A DNA stretch of 64,000 nucleotides from the NCBI GenBank assembly GCA_002633005.1, contig NMRA01000272.1, positions 499,817-563,816 of the forward strand, written 5' to 3'. Positions 1-11,144 of this stretch are shown here, one piece after another. This DNA is from Phoronis australis (Eukaryota; Animalia; Phoronida). The translations under genes were made by a program, and so were the position numbers. Under the pieces are notes generated by a model. It had not been told where the DNA came from and did no database searches. It was given only the letters and a program-made list of their open reading frames with translations. Positions within the stretch are counted from its first letter, which is position 1. Each line of letters opens with the position of its first letter.

Positions 1-466
1 TTTGAAATTCATTAATTTTAGTAATTAGTGAGCGTTTGAAAACAATACAAGCTTTTCAAAACCTATCTTAGGTTTACGCTTCAAATCAATGAAAAGTAAA
101 AATGAATGTCAAGCTAATTCTGCAAGACGGGAGAAAAAAGCAAACCCACCCGGCTATCTGCCCGAGCAAACTGGACATTTCTGGATTAATGTTCTACTGA
201 TCTCGCGCTGCAGTCCAACACTCGATTTCGTTTCAAAACACAACAGATTTTTGCAATTTTGTAGCTCTTCAAGAAGTCAATCATACCCCAAAATAGCCCC
301 CATTGCGCCATTTTCGTTATTGCAAGAACCAAATGTGTAACAGAGCTGCAACTCTTTGGTGCAAAGCTAGCAGATTTATACAATATTGGGACACTATAAA
401 TGACGACGGGTACACGTGTCCGTACCTGTCCATCATGAAACAATCTGCCGGAACTTCATGTTTCAG

Positions 467-643
467 TTGACGGAGGTTGGACTGAGTGGAGCCCGTGGTT
501 ACCGTGTGTTGGAGATTGCAAGAGAGGGCCGAGTAAACAAATGCGAAGTAGGTCATGCACACACCCTCAGCCACAAAGAGGAGGCGACCGCTGTGCAGGC
601 CAGAGATGGGAGGAAAAAACCTGCTCACCTGTTGTCTGCCTTG
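467..643 (+). CDS. TSP1 exon 1 in window: [59 protein letters not shown]
   Basis: tttcag acceptor, G|gtatta donor, 177 nt; WxxWxxW, RxRxC and 6 Cys. Confidence 0.9.
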
Positions 644-3600
644 GTATTACATTCATGTCAAGTGTGTCACTCATTACCCTTACAAGACTTGGTGCTGAGT
701 ACCATTGCTTGCATTACTTTGAGTTGTTGTTCCAGATTTATTCGTTTTGTTTCTTATCAGCGCTTGCACAACGTCGGTATGAGTTGTTTTAAGAATATTG
801 CCAGGTTCAAAGTGCTGCATAATTCTGTAAATTTAAAAAAAATAATGACCCTAAACACAAAAAGCATAATAAAACAACGATATTCAATCTGAACACTTTT
901 GGCGCGACAAACCTAACAAGATGATTTGAAATGCTGGCCGAAACTCAACATCAATAGCTTGACTTGCATGCCGACTGTCCGGTGAAACATTTCTCTTCTT
1001 AACATCTCACGAGAACTTGGATTTTAGGGAAAATTACCTTGTGACTGCATCCAATGTTGTTGAATTTTTGTTTCATCTGATGACGTGTACATCTATACTG
1101 CAATATTACGGAGACCTCATCTCAATTCACGGCGTTATGAGTATTCTTGAGCTAGACTGGCTCTAAATTTTCTCTTGCAATCCACTGCTTCACTGTCAAG
1201 CGGGGCTGCGTTTGAAGTCAAATGGTTATTCTCGTTGGCGTGATTTGTGGCAGCTAACACATATTTCTCTTGTGACATATATGTCGCATTCAACTCATAT
1301 TGTTGTCCCGACGGTATGTGTGGTCAAATTATGATGGCACACATTGTCGCTCCCTACAACCGTCTACCTTTAGCGTCGGAAATTGCATGGTTGTGTACAT
1401 ATAGGCCTACGTAGGCTGTGTCCAGGTGAAGGCATGGGCAATGTCCAAACTTTAGCGAGGGACTCTACCAGTGGACGTTTGAAGGGATTCGAATGTGGAT
1501 CCGGAGTTCGAGTAACGAGGGAGGGATTAAAACACGTCTTCAGTATCCCAAATGTTACTGTTTTCAAAATCAGCGCTCCTTCAAACGAGGCTGGCACCAA
1601 GCGTGGCAATCGTCATTGTCATCACCAGCCATCTTTCGGATATTACCCTGTTCAATTTGCTACAACCTCGTTTTGGGTTTCTTATAATATTTTGGGGCTC
1701 CTTCTGACCCTGGATCCGCTTACATGTATATGCATGAAGCCCTGTTAAGCAGACTTCCTTGCAAGACACTGGTGGGAGGATATGTATAGGTTTTCTCTTC
1801 ACATATTGTCACACCCGACACATATTGTTGCCCGGGCGACAATAACGCGTCAATGTTGCTACCATAATATGTGTCGAGTGTGACAAAATATGTCACCATA
1901 AGTGTTCCTTTTAGCGCTCGTAAAAGGTCTGTTGTTTGCAACTGATTAAATATCGTTTTTACGCTCTTGCAGGGCATGTTAACCAGAATTTCAAGCAGTT
2001 TGATACTCATAATTAACTTCACACGAAGCACAGGGAGTGATCTAAATTATAAAATGACAAATAAGTGTTTATCTTTTTATTCTTTTTTAAGTGACCGACG
2101 GTGTTTGGGGACCATGGTCTAGCTGGACACGTTGTTCACAGAAGTGCAATGGCGGAAAGCAGACTAGCGAGCGTGCGTGTCGAACTAATTGTACTGGTCC
2201 AAAGACAAGGTCTCGCGCTTGCAACCAACATAACTGCACATGTAGGCAGAGATTACACTGATATGACATATCAGTCATGTATATTGTTGGTCATTTGTCA
2301 AACATGTAGTTAGTAAATCACACCCGGCTACTGTTCTGGTAACAGTGACGTAGGCTTACGTTCCAGACCCATTGCGAACACCTCAAGTATTTTCGTGGCA
2401 TCAGATTTCCTATCGGTTGTGAACAACATCTGCGCACGTGCAAACTTGCCAAAAATTCTCCAATTTGAAAATCACACTAGTTGCTACTGAAGGCCCGACA
2501 TGCAAAAATGATTAACGTGTGAGGCAGCGAAAATACCAAAAGCGTTCCGAATACTTCTAGCCTTGCCATAAATATACTGCATACGGTTCCTAGTCACTCC
2601 TTGCTACAAAAGGTAGAACTATGGAATTATCATGTAACATGGCTTCTCGCTGCTTAAAGAACGAAGTAAATTCAGTATCTCGATTGGTTGGAAAAGGTAT
2701 TGAAATATTTCGATTGGCTGATGATGAGACATGTAGCAGTATACTAATCCATCTATCGGCTAAATGCTTTTATTGCAACTCCGCGGTCAAACAAAACAAA
2801 CAAAAAACGATCCACTACCCTTTTCCATATCGTTTGCGTGCCATATGTGTACAACGAACGTTCAAACCAGGGAACTCTAGAACTGGACAGCCTTTACTCC
2901 CGCACGTAACCCATGCATTCTAGTGTCAGAGCTTGCGACCCAACATTTTACGGTTCCGGCCGTGAGGATTTGCACTATGAGCTTTGATCGAGTGTTGTAG
3001 TTAAAAAATCAAGCCTAACTTCATTGCCTCATTTTCACTGTGCCATTTTTGTTCATAAAGGAATCGTCAAGCAAGACTCGCTTGAACTGTTTCAGAGAAC
3101 TATCGATTTCTTGGCAAAATTAGTCAACAGTCCCGTCAGTTACATTAGTCGTTGTTTATATGCACCGGCCTGTGACTCTGGATAGATGTAGAGAATAGTC
3201 CGACCTATGAAATATTTTCAGATCCAAACTTAGAGCCACTGTCTACAAACTATCGCAGTAAATGTTGAGATTTTTGCAGCAAGACATTTTGGGGGTGTTA
3301 AGATCGTGTTACAGTATTGTACGGGAATAAGTAACATTTAAATTCTGCGTGCTTGTTCTGCAGTTACAAGTGAAAAGTTTAGGCCCTACTGTAACCGGTG
3401 TGTTTACGTAACCTCAAAACTACTATTGATTTTCGTATAACAGGCTAAGCCATCCGTAAGACAAAAGCCAGTAGACTCTTGGACAGGCCCTTGATGCTAA
3501 ATCTGACTGCCATCAATTGGAGAGCTTGAGTTAAGAGTAAATGAAACATCGTTTTCAACAGATCATGTATTATAATGAAAAGACAAATTCAGAAAACTAC

Positions 3601-6600
3601 TCTTTTGCAGCGGTTGGGGATTGGACTATTTGGGGTAATTGGGGTGAATGCAGTGCCACGTGCGGCGGAGGTGCACAATACAAATTCAAAGAATGCGTTG
3701 GCGGCTCTACATGTACTGGCAAGGGAGTTGAAAATCGCACTTGCAACACCATGTTATGTCCAGGTAACAAACAGTATAATAATTGTCTCAGTTTATTTGA
3801 CTAAATTACATTGAAGATGACACTTTGTAGGGCTTTGAAAACCTTCATGACATATGCTTTGCTTCCTCCCAAGCATATCGGGCATATTCGTAGTATCGTA
3901 CTCCGGGAAGAATGAATTATTTGGAAGTGCTAAATGCCGCACATTCTGTTTCCCCTCCGGTGACGACCATTTCTTCCCCTCGTGGTCACCATCAGTTTTG
4001 TCCCCTGATGATTCCCCATTTCGCACCCCTCCCCTCCCTCGACTCCCCAAGGTTTCAAATCTGACGCTACATGGTTCATATACTCACCTCGTTTGTTACT
4101 GCGAAAGACATTACTAATCCACATACACGTCTTGGTCACTACGTCACGTGACGTACAGTATATGTGTAACTACACATGTGGTGACTACGACCAAGATTCC
4201 TCAGTGGTACGATCTATCGCTAGTGAAGACCCCTAACCCAACGAAGATATGTGAATTCATAATCCACAGTTTTACAAGATATTATTTCTCTACGAAATAG
4301 CTCTCACAAGGAGCAGAAATCATAACAACGTTTTTTCTATTACTTCAGTAAAAGGAGGTTGGAGCACGTGGGGAACGTGGGACAAATGTACCAAACCATG
4401 TGGCGGAGGGGCAATGTTGAGGAGCAGGTCATGTTCTCAACCTGTTGGTGGCATACCGTGTCACGGAGTTCGGAGGCAGTCTCGCTTGTGCAACACCCAT
4501 CCATGTGAAAGGCTGACGACAACCGCAGGTTAGCACCACCACCGTGGTATGTATATTTATGTTCGACTTATTCCAATGGAAACAACAATTAAATGAAGCT
4601 TCAATGCATACTGATGGTTGTTTTGACGAAACATGCCGTTTCCTGGCAACCAGACGCAACAACCCTGGATTAGAAGTGAGTCTCGGGGATGGAAGGAACT
4701 GACCTTTCGTTACTACATGAAGGTATGTTCGGCGTATAAGATGACCAGCCAGGTCTAGCGAAGTCATTATTGAGACATGGTCTCAAGCAATAACGAACTC
4801 TATGTTAGTTTGCTACGCTCGCAAATCACGTGAAATCTGAATAAGGAACAGCTTGAGATTAACTTTAAAACGGTGACCCAGTGGTTTTGACACAACTTAT
4901 TTTTTTGGCAAAATGCAGGTTTCAGCGCATGCGTGCAGCTTCAATTTAACTAGATACAAAGCTGTCACAGAGAGCAACATTCACAATAAAGCTTTTTTAT
5001 TACTTCAGTAAAAGGAGGTTGGAGCACGTGGGGAATGTGGGACAAATGTACCAAACCATGTGGCGGAGGCGCAATGTTAAGGAGCAGGTCATGTTCTCTC
5101 CCTGTTGGTGGCATACCGTGTCACGGAGTTCGGAGACAGTCTCGCTTGTGCAATACCCTTCCATGTGAAAGGCTGACGACAACCGCAGGTTAGCACCACC
5201 ACCGTGGTATGTATATTTATGTTCGACTTATTCCAATCAAGACAACGATTAAATCGAGCTTCAATGCATACTGATGGCTATGTTTTGACGAAATACGCCG
5301 TTTCCAGGCAACCAGACGCAACGCAAATAATGGTAAACAAGACTGAAGTTAAAAATATCGTTGGATACGTCGTACTCATAGCATATGTGATGGACGAGGT
5401 GTCATTACTGAATAACCAGAGGCCGGTATATATTTTGACCGAACTTCTGACTACGGCCAACCCCTGTACCGTCCCCGACCCGGGACTGAATCCTTTGAAC
5501 ATCTTTATCTTATACGCCGGCCTCTGGAGACATCACCTCTGAACATAATTAGGTGCGCCCAGGTATATAACAGTGACCTACAATGTACAGTAGATCGATT
5601 CGCCGTCCCAAGTTAGCTATCACTGACACTCTGGGATAGCTGGCTTTGTCAAAGTCTGCGGCTCAGTGCCGCGCCGATGAAGGCGGACGTATTTCTGAGT
5701 CACTGAAAGGTAAAACATTCAAATATGGTTCTTAAGGAAAGGAGGTTTTTGGTAAAAATAATTACTGTACTATAACTTTTCTGTTCATTTATCTAAAATG
5801 AAATTTATGATAATAGCATGTCCTAAAACAGGAAGTGGTGACGCAGTGAGCAAGTTCCGAAATCGCCGATCGTTGCGCGTCCAGGTAAGCTAGGTTCCTA
5901 GCCTTGACGCCACGCGGGTTTATAGCTGCTTAAATAATATATACTGGCTGGTCAGAAATATCCACAGTACACACTTCCATTGAAGGAAGTTTTTTTAAAA
6001 CATTTAAAAATGTTTCAACACCTTGATATTCTCTCTAACCTCTCAGGGACAAGTCATCAACCTCAAGGTGGTCAGGAGGGAGTTTGGAGTAACTGGACTA
6101 CCTGGAGTAGTTGCAGCGCCTCCTGCGGGCAAGGTGTGCAGTCGAAAAGCAGAGTCTGCTTTCATCCAGCAGGTGTTGAGTGCAATGGGTCTGAGATTGA
6201 ATCGCGATCTTGTGTAATACAAGAATGTGTGACAGGTACTTAGTCATATGATCGACGATATGGGCTGCATTTGACTGTTTGCGCCGTTTCCGCCAGGTCA
6301 ACCAGCTAAGACATCTGTTTTTGATGTTGAAGATGGACCTGGCGGAACCGGCGAGGTCAATCAAGTGCAGTCACTGAAACGACTTTTCACCGATCATTGT
6401 TATCTATTCGAGGGGTGCAGCGTACACGGGAAGAACTTTGGAAAACCGACATCGTTTACAGGAAATTTTTGTACAATTGCGATAAGATGTGCTCGTTTAC
6501 GTTGGAATTCCATGCGTTACAATTTTTGTAAAAAATCCTGGCTCATTTAATCACACCGATGTTTTACTAGTCTGCAGAACTGATGACGGTTCGCCACTGG

Positions 6601-9600
6601 GATTGTGTCGTACGTCACGTTTATGAAAATCAGTACTCAATTAACTGACAATGTTCTGTATGAAGAACTGCTTTAGTGTTTTGACTTTACACTGAGTTGA
6701 GAGTTTGTAGTTTAAAATTGAGTTTGAAAAATAATGTTTATACATCTCAATACCTAATGGTTCATGCCGCTGTTATCACATTGTGGTTTTAGTGACAAGT
6801 CCATTGGAACAGAAGCCATAACGTTTAAGAATTACGCAATAATTAGTCGAAATCAACTTTTTATGGATGTGCTTGGTATTTTTGCAATGGAACGCGTTCT
6901 GTAAACGAAAAACATTCGCAAGACACTCAGCGGCAAGAAATCTTCATTTATGGATTTGTAACAGTTAATTATATCCCACGATTCAACCGTCGACCATCTT
7001 CTTAGTGGCCGCCACTTCGCTAGTTTACGCTAACTGAGATCTTGAGCGAACTTGGGAAACTTGCTTTTCATTCTCGTGATTTTGCGTGGATTTGCGTTAT
7101 CTTTCTCTTTTTAGCGCAAGTGTAAAGCGTCTTTGGAACGTTCTCCCGTGTAAGCTCTATTGATCAGTGATACTGTATGAGTTCGCCAGACTGCACGAAA
7201 GTGAGCGACGCGAGCGAAATGCGCGTCGCAATGTCGCGCAAATGGGCGGACACATTAGATGCGAACATTTTAGCTAGCAATTTGAATAATGGCCAACTGT
7301 TGCTGTATTTGATGCATAGACGACGAATTGTTGGTTTGAACTTGGCAGGTGCATCCCATCAACGAAACACGTCCAAAACACTACTCACGACAACTCTGGT
7401 AACGCCGCGTGAACGATAGCTTACGTTAACTTGAAGTTCAGATCCGATCTGATACAGCGAGTTCTATAAATATCACACGATTAAAATGTTAGACGCTTGC
7501 TTCTTTAACTAATTCATAGTCCACGTACCTTCAAATCAGAAGGCCGATAGGACATCTGATCAGCCGTCTGAAAAACCAGACGTCTGATCAACTTTCTCGT
7601 CATCCGACCCCAAACTAGACGGCGGATCAGCCCCCTTTCCGTGAGTAGTAGTTAGGTTCTGTTCGTGAATGATAATTGCATGTGATGGACCAGAATAGTA
7701 GCATTTTCACGCAATATTTTGTTAATTACTCGTAAGACGACATGTGAACATTATTTTACGCTTCGTATATAATCCAGATCAGAACGCGAACTAGTTGACG
7801 TTGACGCTTCAATTAAAGTGGCATCAACGCATTGTCTTTTGAAATGATTTGATATTTTCCAATGCTTGAAATTAACATTTATTCCTCTATTAATATCTAG
7901 TTTTGACCGGAAAACAAAAACAAGAAGAAACGAAGGCGTCGAGTGGCACAGTTGTCGGGCTGTCTGTTGCAATTCCTCTGGTCGGCGTTGTAATCATGGT
8001 TTTGCTTGGTGTCTGCATATACACTCGGTACTTATGTTTTACGAATTATTGAAAGTACCTTAACAGGTTAAAGCGAACTCTCCTTCACCTTTGATTTAGA
8101 TCCCCTACCATTATGAAATTAGTCTCAAACATTTTCTTTAGTAAAAAAGGGGTGTGTGACAGTTCGTTATTGCTTGAGACACGACCCTACAAGCTGACTT
8201 GCCTCGGCGTGCCATTTTATTCGACCAGTAGTCGCGAACAGTAACGAATCGAATTGTCAATTCCTTGCAGTGCCAAAATCACTTCTTATCTCGGTAAGAA
8301 ACAAATCGAGGCCAGTTTTATAGCGGTGAGAAGTCTGAATAAAAGTTAGTTTCATCAGCGAATTACGCAGGTTTATTGACGGTGTAAATGATTACCTTTT
8401 TTGCATGTAACTAGGCTCATGCACAAGCCGCACTTAGATCCGGAATCACATGGGCGACGCACCATAGGGGGCTGGGGGGAGGGGCTGAAGGCCCCACCTA
8501 TTTCAGTTCTGGCTGCCCACGAATCAGGCGCCTGCTCCTATATCTGATCCGAACTGATTCTTCGAATGAAAGCGCTCCCCATTTGTTATTCCTTTATATA
8601 ATCTCAGCTGTTTGGTTCATGGAATGCAGTGAATAATCTTTTCGAACAAGAATACACGCCTAGTTTGCAACTTAATTTTAAACACATTATTTGTTTTTTC
8701 AGTTGAAACCTCCTCATTTTCATTGATTTTACTGGGAAGGTTGATTAAATGATTTAAGTACAGTGGCAGATCTACGTTTTCAGAAAGGGGGGGGGTTAGG
8801 ATTCGAGCGAATCCGAGGCGCGTAGCGCCGAGCTGAAGCAAGGCCGGAAGGTTCCCCCTCCCGTGGAAGATTTTTTGTGGTTTTTAGAAGCTGATTTCAT
8901 TTTTCTGGCGAAATTTTTATCAATTTTTATTTTTGATCCTGTCCCGTTTGTGAAACTAAAATTTCACTTGATGTACATNCGCCTCTGAAGTAAATTAAGA
9001 ATTCCTTTAAGATGTATTTGCAAGCTCCTAACTATGCTAATGTATAGCAAGAAGTAAACGGCAACTGTATTTGATTACTAACTACGCTAAATGAAGTGCA
9101 GTTGTATTCATTGACAACTTATGGATGAGAAAACTAGAAATTCTTCAAATAGGTGACCTTTGCACTAATGACGTACATGTATCTTGGGGCTCACATAGCC
9201 CGCACCATGCAGTATTATTCCCCAACACCATGCCCCGGTTGAGTGATTTACGGCGGATCATTTTCTACACAAAACTCGTTCTTAAAAACATTTGGCAATT
9301 TTCAACGTACTTCATATCACATCGTCGCTTTATGTTATGTTTCTAACAAATTTGATCAAGCAATGACAGAGGTTCGGAATTTGCGTGAAAGTTCCACTTT
9401 AACATCCTTCCAAACTCATGTCTAACCCATTTTGTAACAGAACTGGATTGCTGCCTGAGATCTTATCTGAGTTATAACCTAGGCAATGAACGGTACTGTA
9501 TATCACAGTCTCAAAAATGTTTCGCTTGGGCACGATTGTGCGCTTTGTCTAGGACAATACATGTGCTTGTATCCCCAATAAGGTATGCGCCTGTGCAAAG

Positions 9601-10349
9601 GACACCCACCTGCGCCTATATATGCGAAACTTAGGCACACGAGCCTTTTTGCGAGACATTTGAGTGAGCAACTTTCTTAGACGCATTGAGTCTAAATACG
9701 CGCATATACCGTAATGCCCTCATTTCTTTCCAGTCGTACAGTATACTAAAGTATTATATTCCGACCGAATTAATTTCAGGACAAACTTTTGTATTAAATT
9801 GTTTCTTACTAGTTGTTTTGCAGTAGTTTAACACTTAATCTTAAACTGTGACTGAGTGCGACCTTGCATGGACACCTGTTAGTTGCATCTATTTTTTAAG
9901 TTACGCAATACCTATTATAGTCGAAATCTAACCATGTGGTGTCGCAATAACACAAACATGTAAATAAATTTGAACGGCATTGAACGCAATTCCCTTCACT
10001 CAACAATCTCAAATCTCGAATGTATTAATGTGAATTAAAATCAGCTATCATGTCTTTGCCGGATATTCAAACTGGTATTTGTGCTCTGCGTTGCAGGAAA
10101 CGACAAAAAACGAGAACAGCGGCGTCACCTGTTGTGGTTTTGCCGGATTTGCCGGTTGCCGCCGGCGCAACTTATGTTAATGAGGTTTACCAGCACTTCG
10201 CAAACGGCAATACGGCAACAAACGAAGATAAGCCCTTCAAAGGAGACGCCAATGAGCTGACAAATGAACAAAACGAATATGCTGAAGTGATAAGCCAGAA
10301 GAGTGATACCAATGACAAAGATGGAGATTATGAGAGAGTAAAGGATTAG
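467..10349 (+). CDS. Multi-exon gene, 5' end outside window: type I membrane protein with at least 6 TSP1 repeats, TM helix and Tyr-motif cytoplasmic tail. Exons 467-643, 2092-2241, 3611-3763, 4349-4528, 5009-5188, 6047-6235, 7901-8027, 10097-10349; about 469 aa in window
   Basis: Every exon has an AG acceptor and each internal exon a GT donor. The six TSP1 exons are phase 1-1, the TM exon is phase 1-2, and the last exon starts in phase 2 and ends at TAG 10347-10349. The spliced frame is stop-free. Confidence 0.88.
1801..1893. repeat. Short inverted-repeat (MITE-like) hairpin
   Basis: acatattgtcacacccgacacatattg pairs with taatatgtgtcgagtgtgacaaaatatgt; a related motif occurs at about 1255-1350. 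Confidence 0.6.
2092..2241 (+). CDS. TSP1 exon 2: [50 protein letters not shown]
   Basis: Polypyrimidine tract plus aag acceptor, T|gtaggc donor, 150 nt; this frame is absent from the ORF track. Confidence 0.9.
3611..3763 (+). CDS. TSP1 exon 3: [51 protein letters not shown]
   Basis: ttttgcag acceptor, CAG|gtaaca donor, 153 nt; CSATCGGG motif. Confidence 0.92.
4349..4528 (+). CDS. TSP1 exon 4a: [60 protein letters not shown]
   Basis: acttcag acceptor, CAG|gttagc donor, 180 nt. Confidence 0.88.
5009..5188 (+). CDS. TSP1 exon 4b, a tandem duplicate of 4a: [60 protein letters not shown]
   Basis: Same splice sites as 4a, 660 bp downstream; 8 of 180 nt differ by my count. Confidence 0.85.
6047..6235 (+). 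CDS. TSP1 exon 5: [63 protein letters not shown]
   Basis: ctctcag acceptor, CAG|gtactt donor, 189 nt. Confidence 0.92.
7380..7649. mobile_element. Small TIR element (MITE-like)
   Basis: actactcacg ... cgtgagtagt termini; internal gccgtctga/ctgatc motifs recur at about 51170-51240. Confidence 0.4.
7901..8027 (+). CDS. Transmembrane exon: [43 protein letters not shown]
   Basis: atctag acceptor, CG|gtactt donor (phase 1-2); long hydrophobic run followed by basic RKRQK after splicing. Confidence 0.88.
8761..8988. mobile_element. GC-rich short TIR element; similar poly-G-containing elements at about 8449-8535, 11686-11968, 32676-33609 and 34151-34222
   Basis: cagtggcagatcta ... tacatncgcctctg termini with internal poly-G tract. 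Confidence 0.55.
10097..10349 (+). CDS. Terminal cytoplasmic exon: [35 protein letters not shown]...[25 protein letters not shown]
   Basis: ttgcag acceptor in phase 2 matches the TM exon donor; basic stop-transfer cluster; TAG stop. Confidence 0.85.
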
Positions 10350-11144
10350 AGAGACTTAATCACGGTAACCGGATGAATATATAAATTTTGATGAGCAAAC
10401 TTTAAAAATCCGGGAAGAAACGTTTAAAATCCCATGCAAAGCCATTTTGGAAACCACTGTTTTGTTTCATGTTTTGAAATATATGTTTGTTGAGGGAAAC
10501 TTTCCGCATCTATTGCAAATGGCAGATTTTCATTTCAATCTAACTTTAAATGACATGTATTGAGGTTGGAAAACACGCAGAAATACACGTAGTTTTTAGC
10601 CTAAGACATACACTGTTAGACAAGGGATAGATGTCTGAACTTATTAGTGAATCTTTGTCGCATGTGCCTATAAGGAGAACACTTGAACCACAGTTTTTGG
10701 AAAAACACTTTATTTTGGACTTAGGCGCACGGGCCTAAAAGCGTGCATATACCATGTGAAATTTATAATGGATACAAAGCATAGTGCTCAGTTTTTTTAA
10801 TAACACCATGTTCATGGTTTTACCTCGGAGAAAGTTTTTACAAAACTTTTTATGTTTTGAGATCATGATAAGAACCTTTTCACCTTCACTGATGAGAGCG
10901 CCGATCGTACTGTGCTTCATACATGTACAAGAAAGCTAACTCACATGAGCTGGGACATTTGCAACCTGGTAACTCAAACACTGTACTGGTCCTTTATAGA
11001 ATGAACTGTCTGGGCCGCCAGTAGTCAGAATTCCGTTAGGCCAACTGGACGACCCAAATTACAATGTTCCGATTTGGCCCGGATTCGCTATACGCCGGGC
11101 CGGAACACGAACACAAAACGTCGAAGTGTGCACTGCAGATCTTT

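Larger units (their letters stand above)
4295..5322 (+). repeat. Tandem segmental duplication with 660-bp offset containing TSP1 exons 4a and 4b plus flanking intron
   Basis: About 4295-4660 aligns with about 4955-5322. Confidence 0.9.

Noticed and set aside
1383-1748. ORF containing [10 protein letters not shown], superficially TSP1-like
   Set aside because: No WxxW motif, no 6-Cys pattern and no phase-1 splice boundaries found.
4340-5182. Duplicated - strand ORFs MSSAFHM...
   Set aside because: They are antisense shadows of TSP1 exons 4a and 4b.
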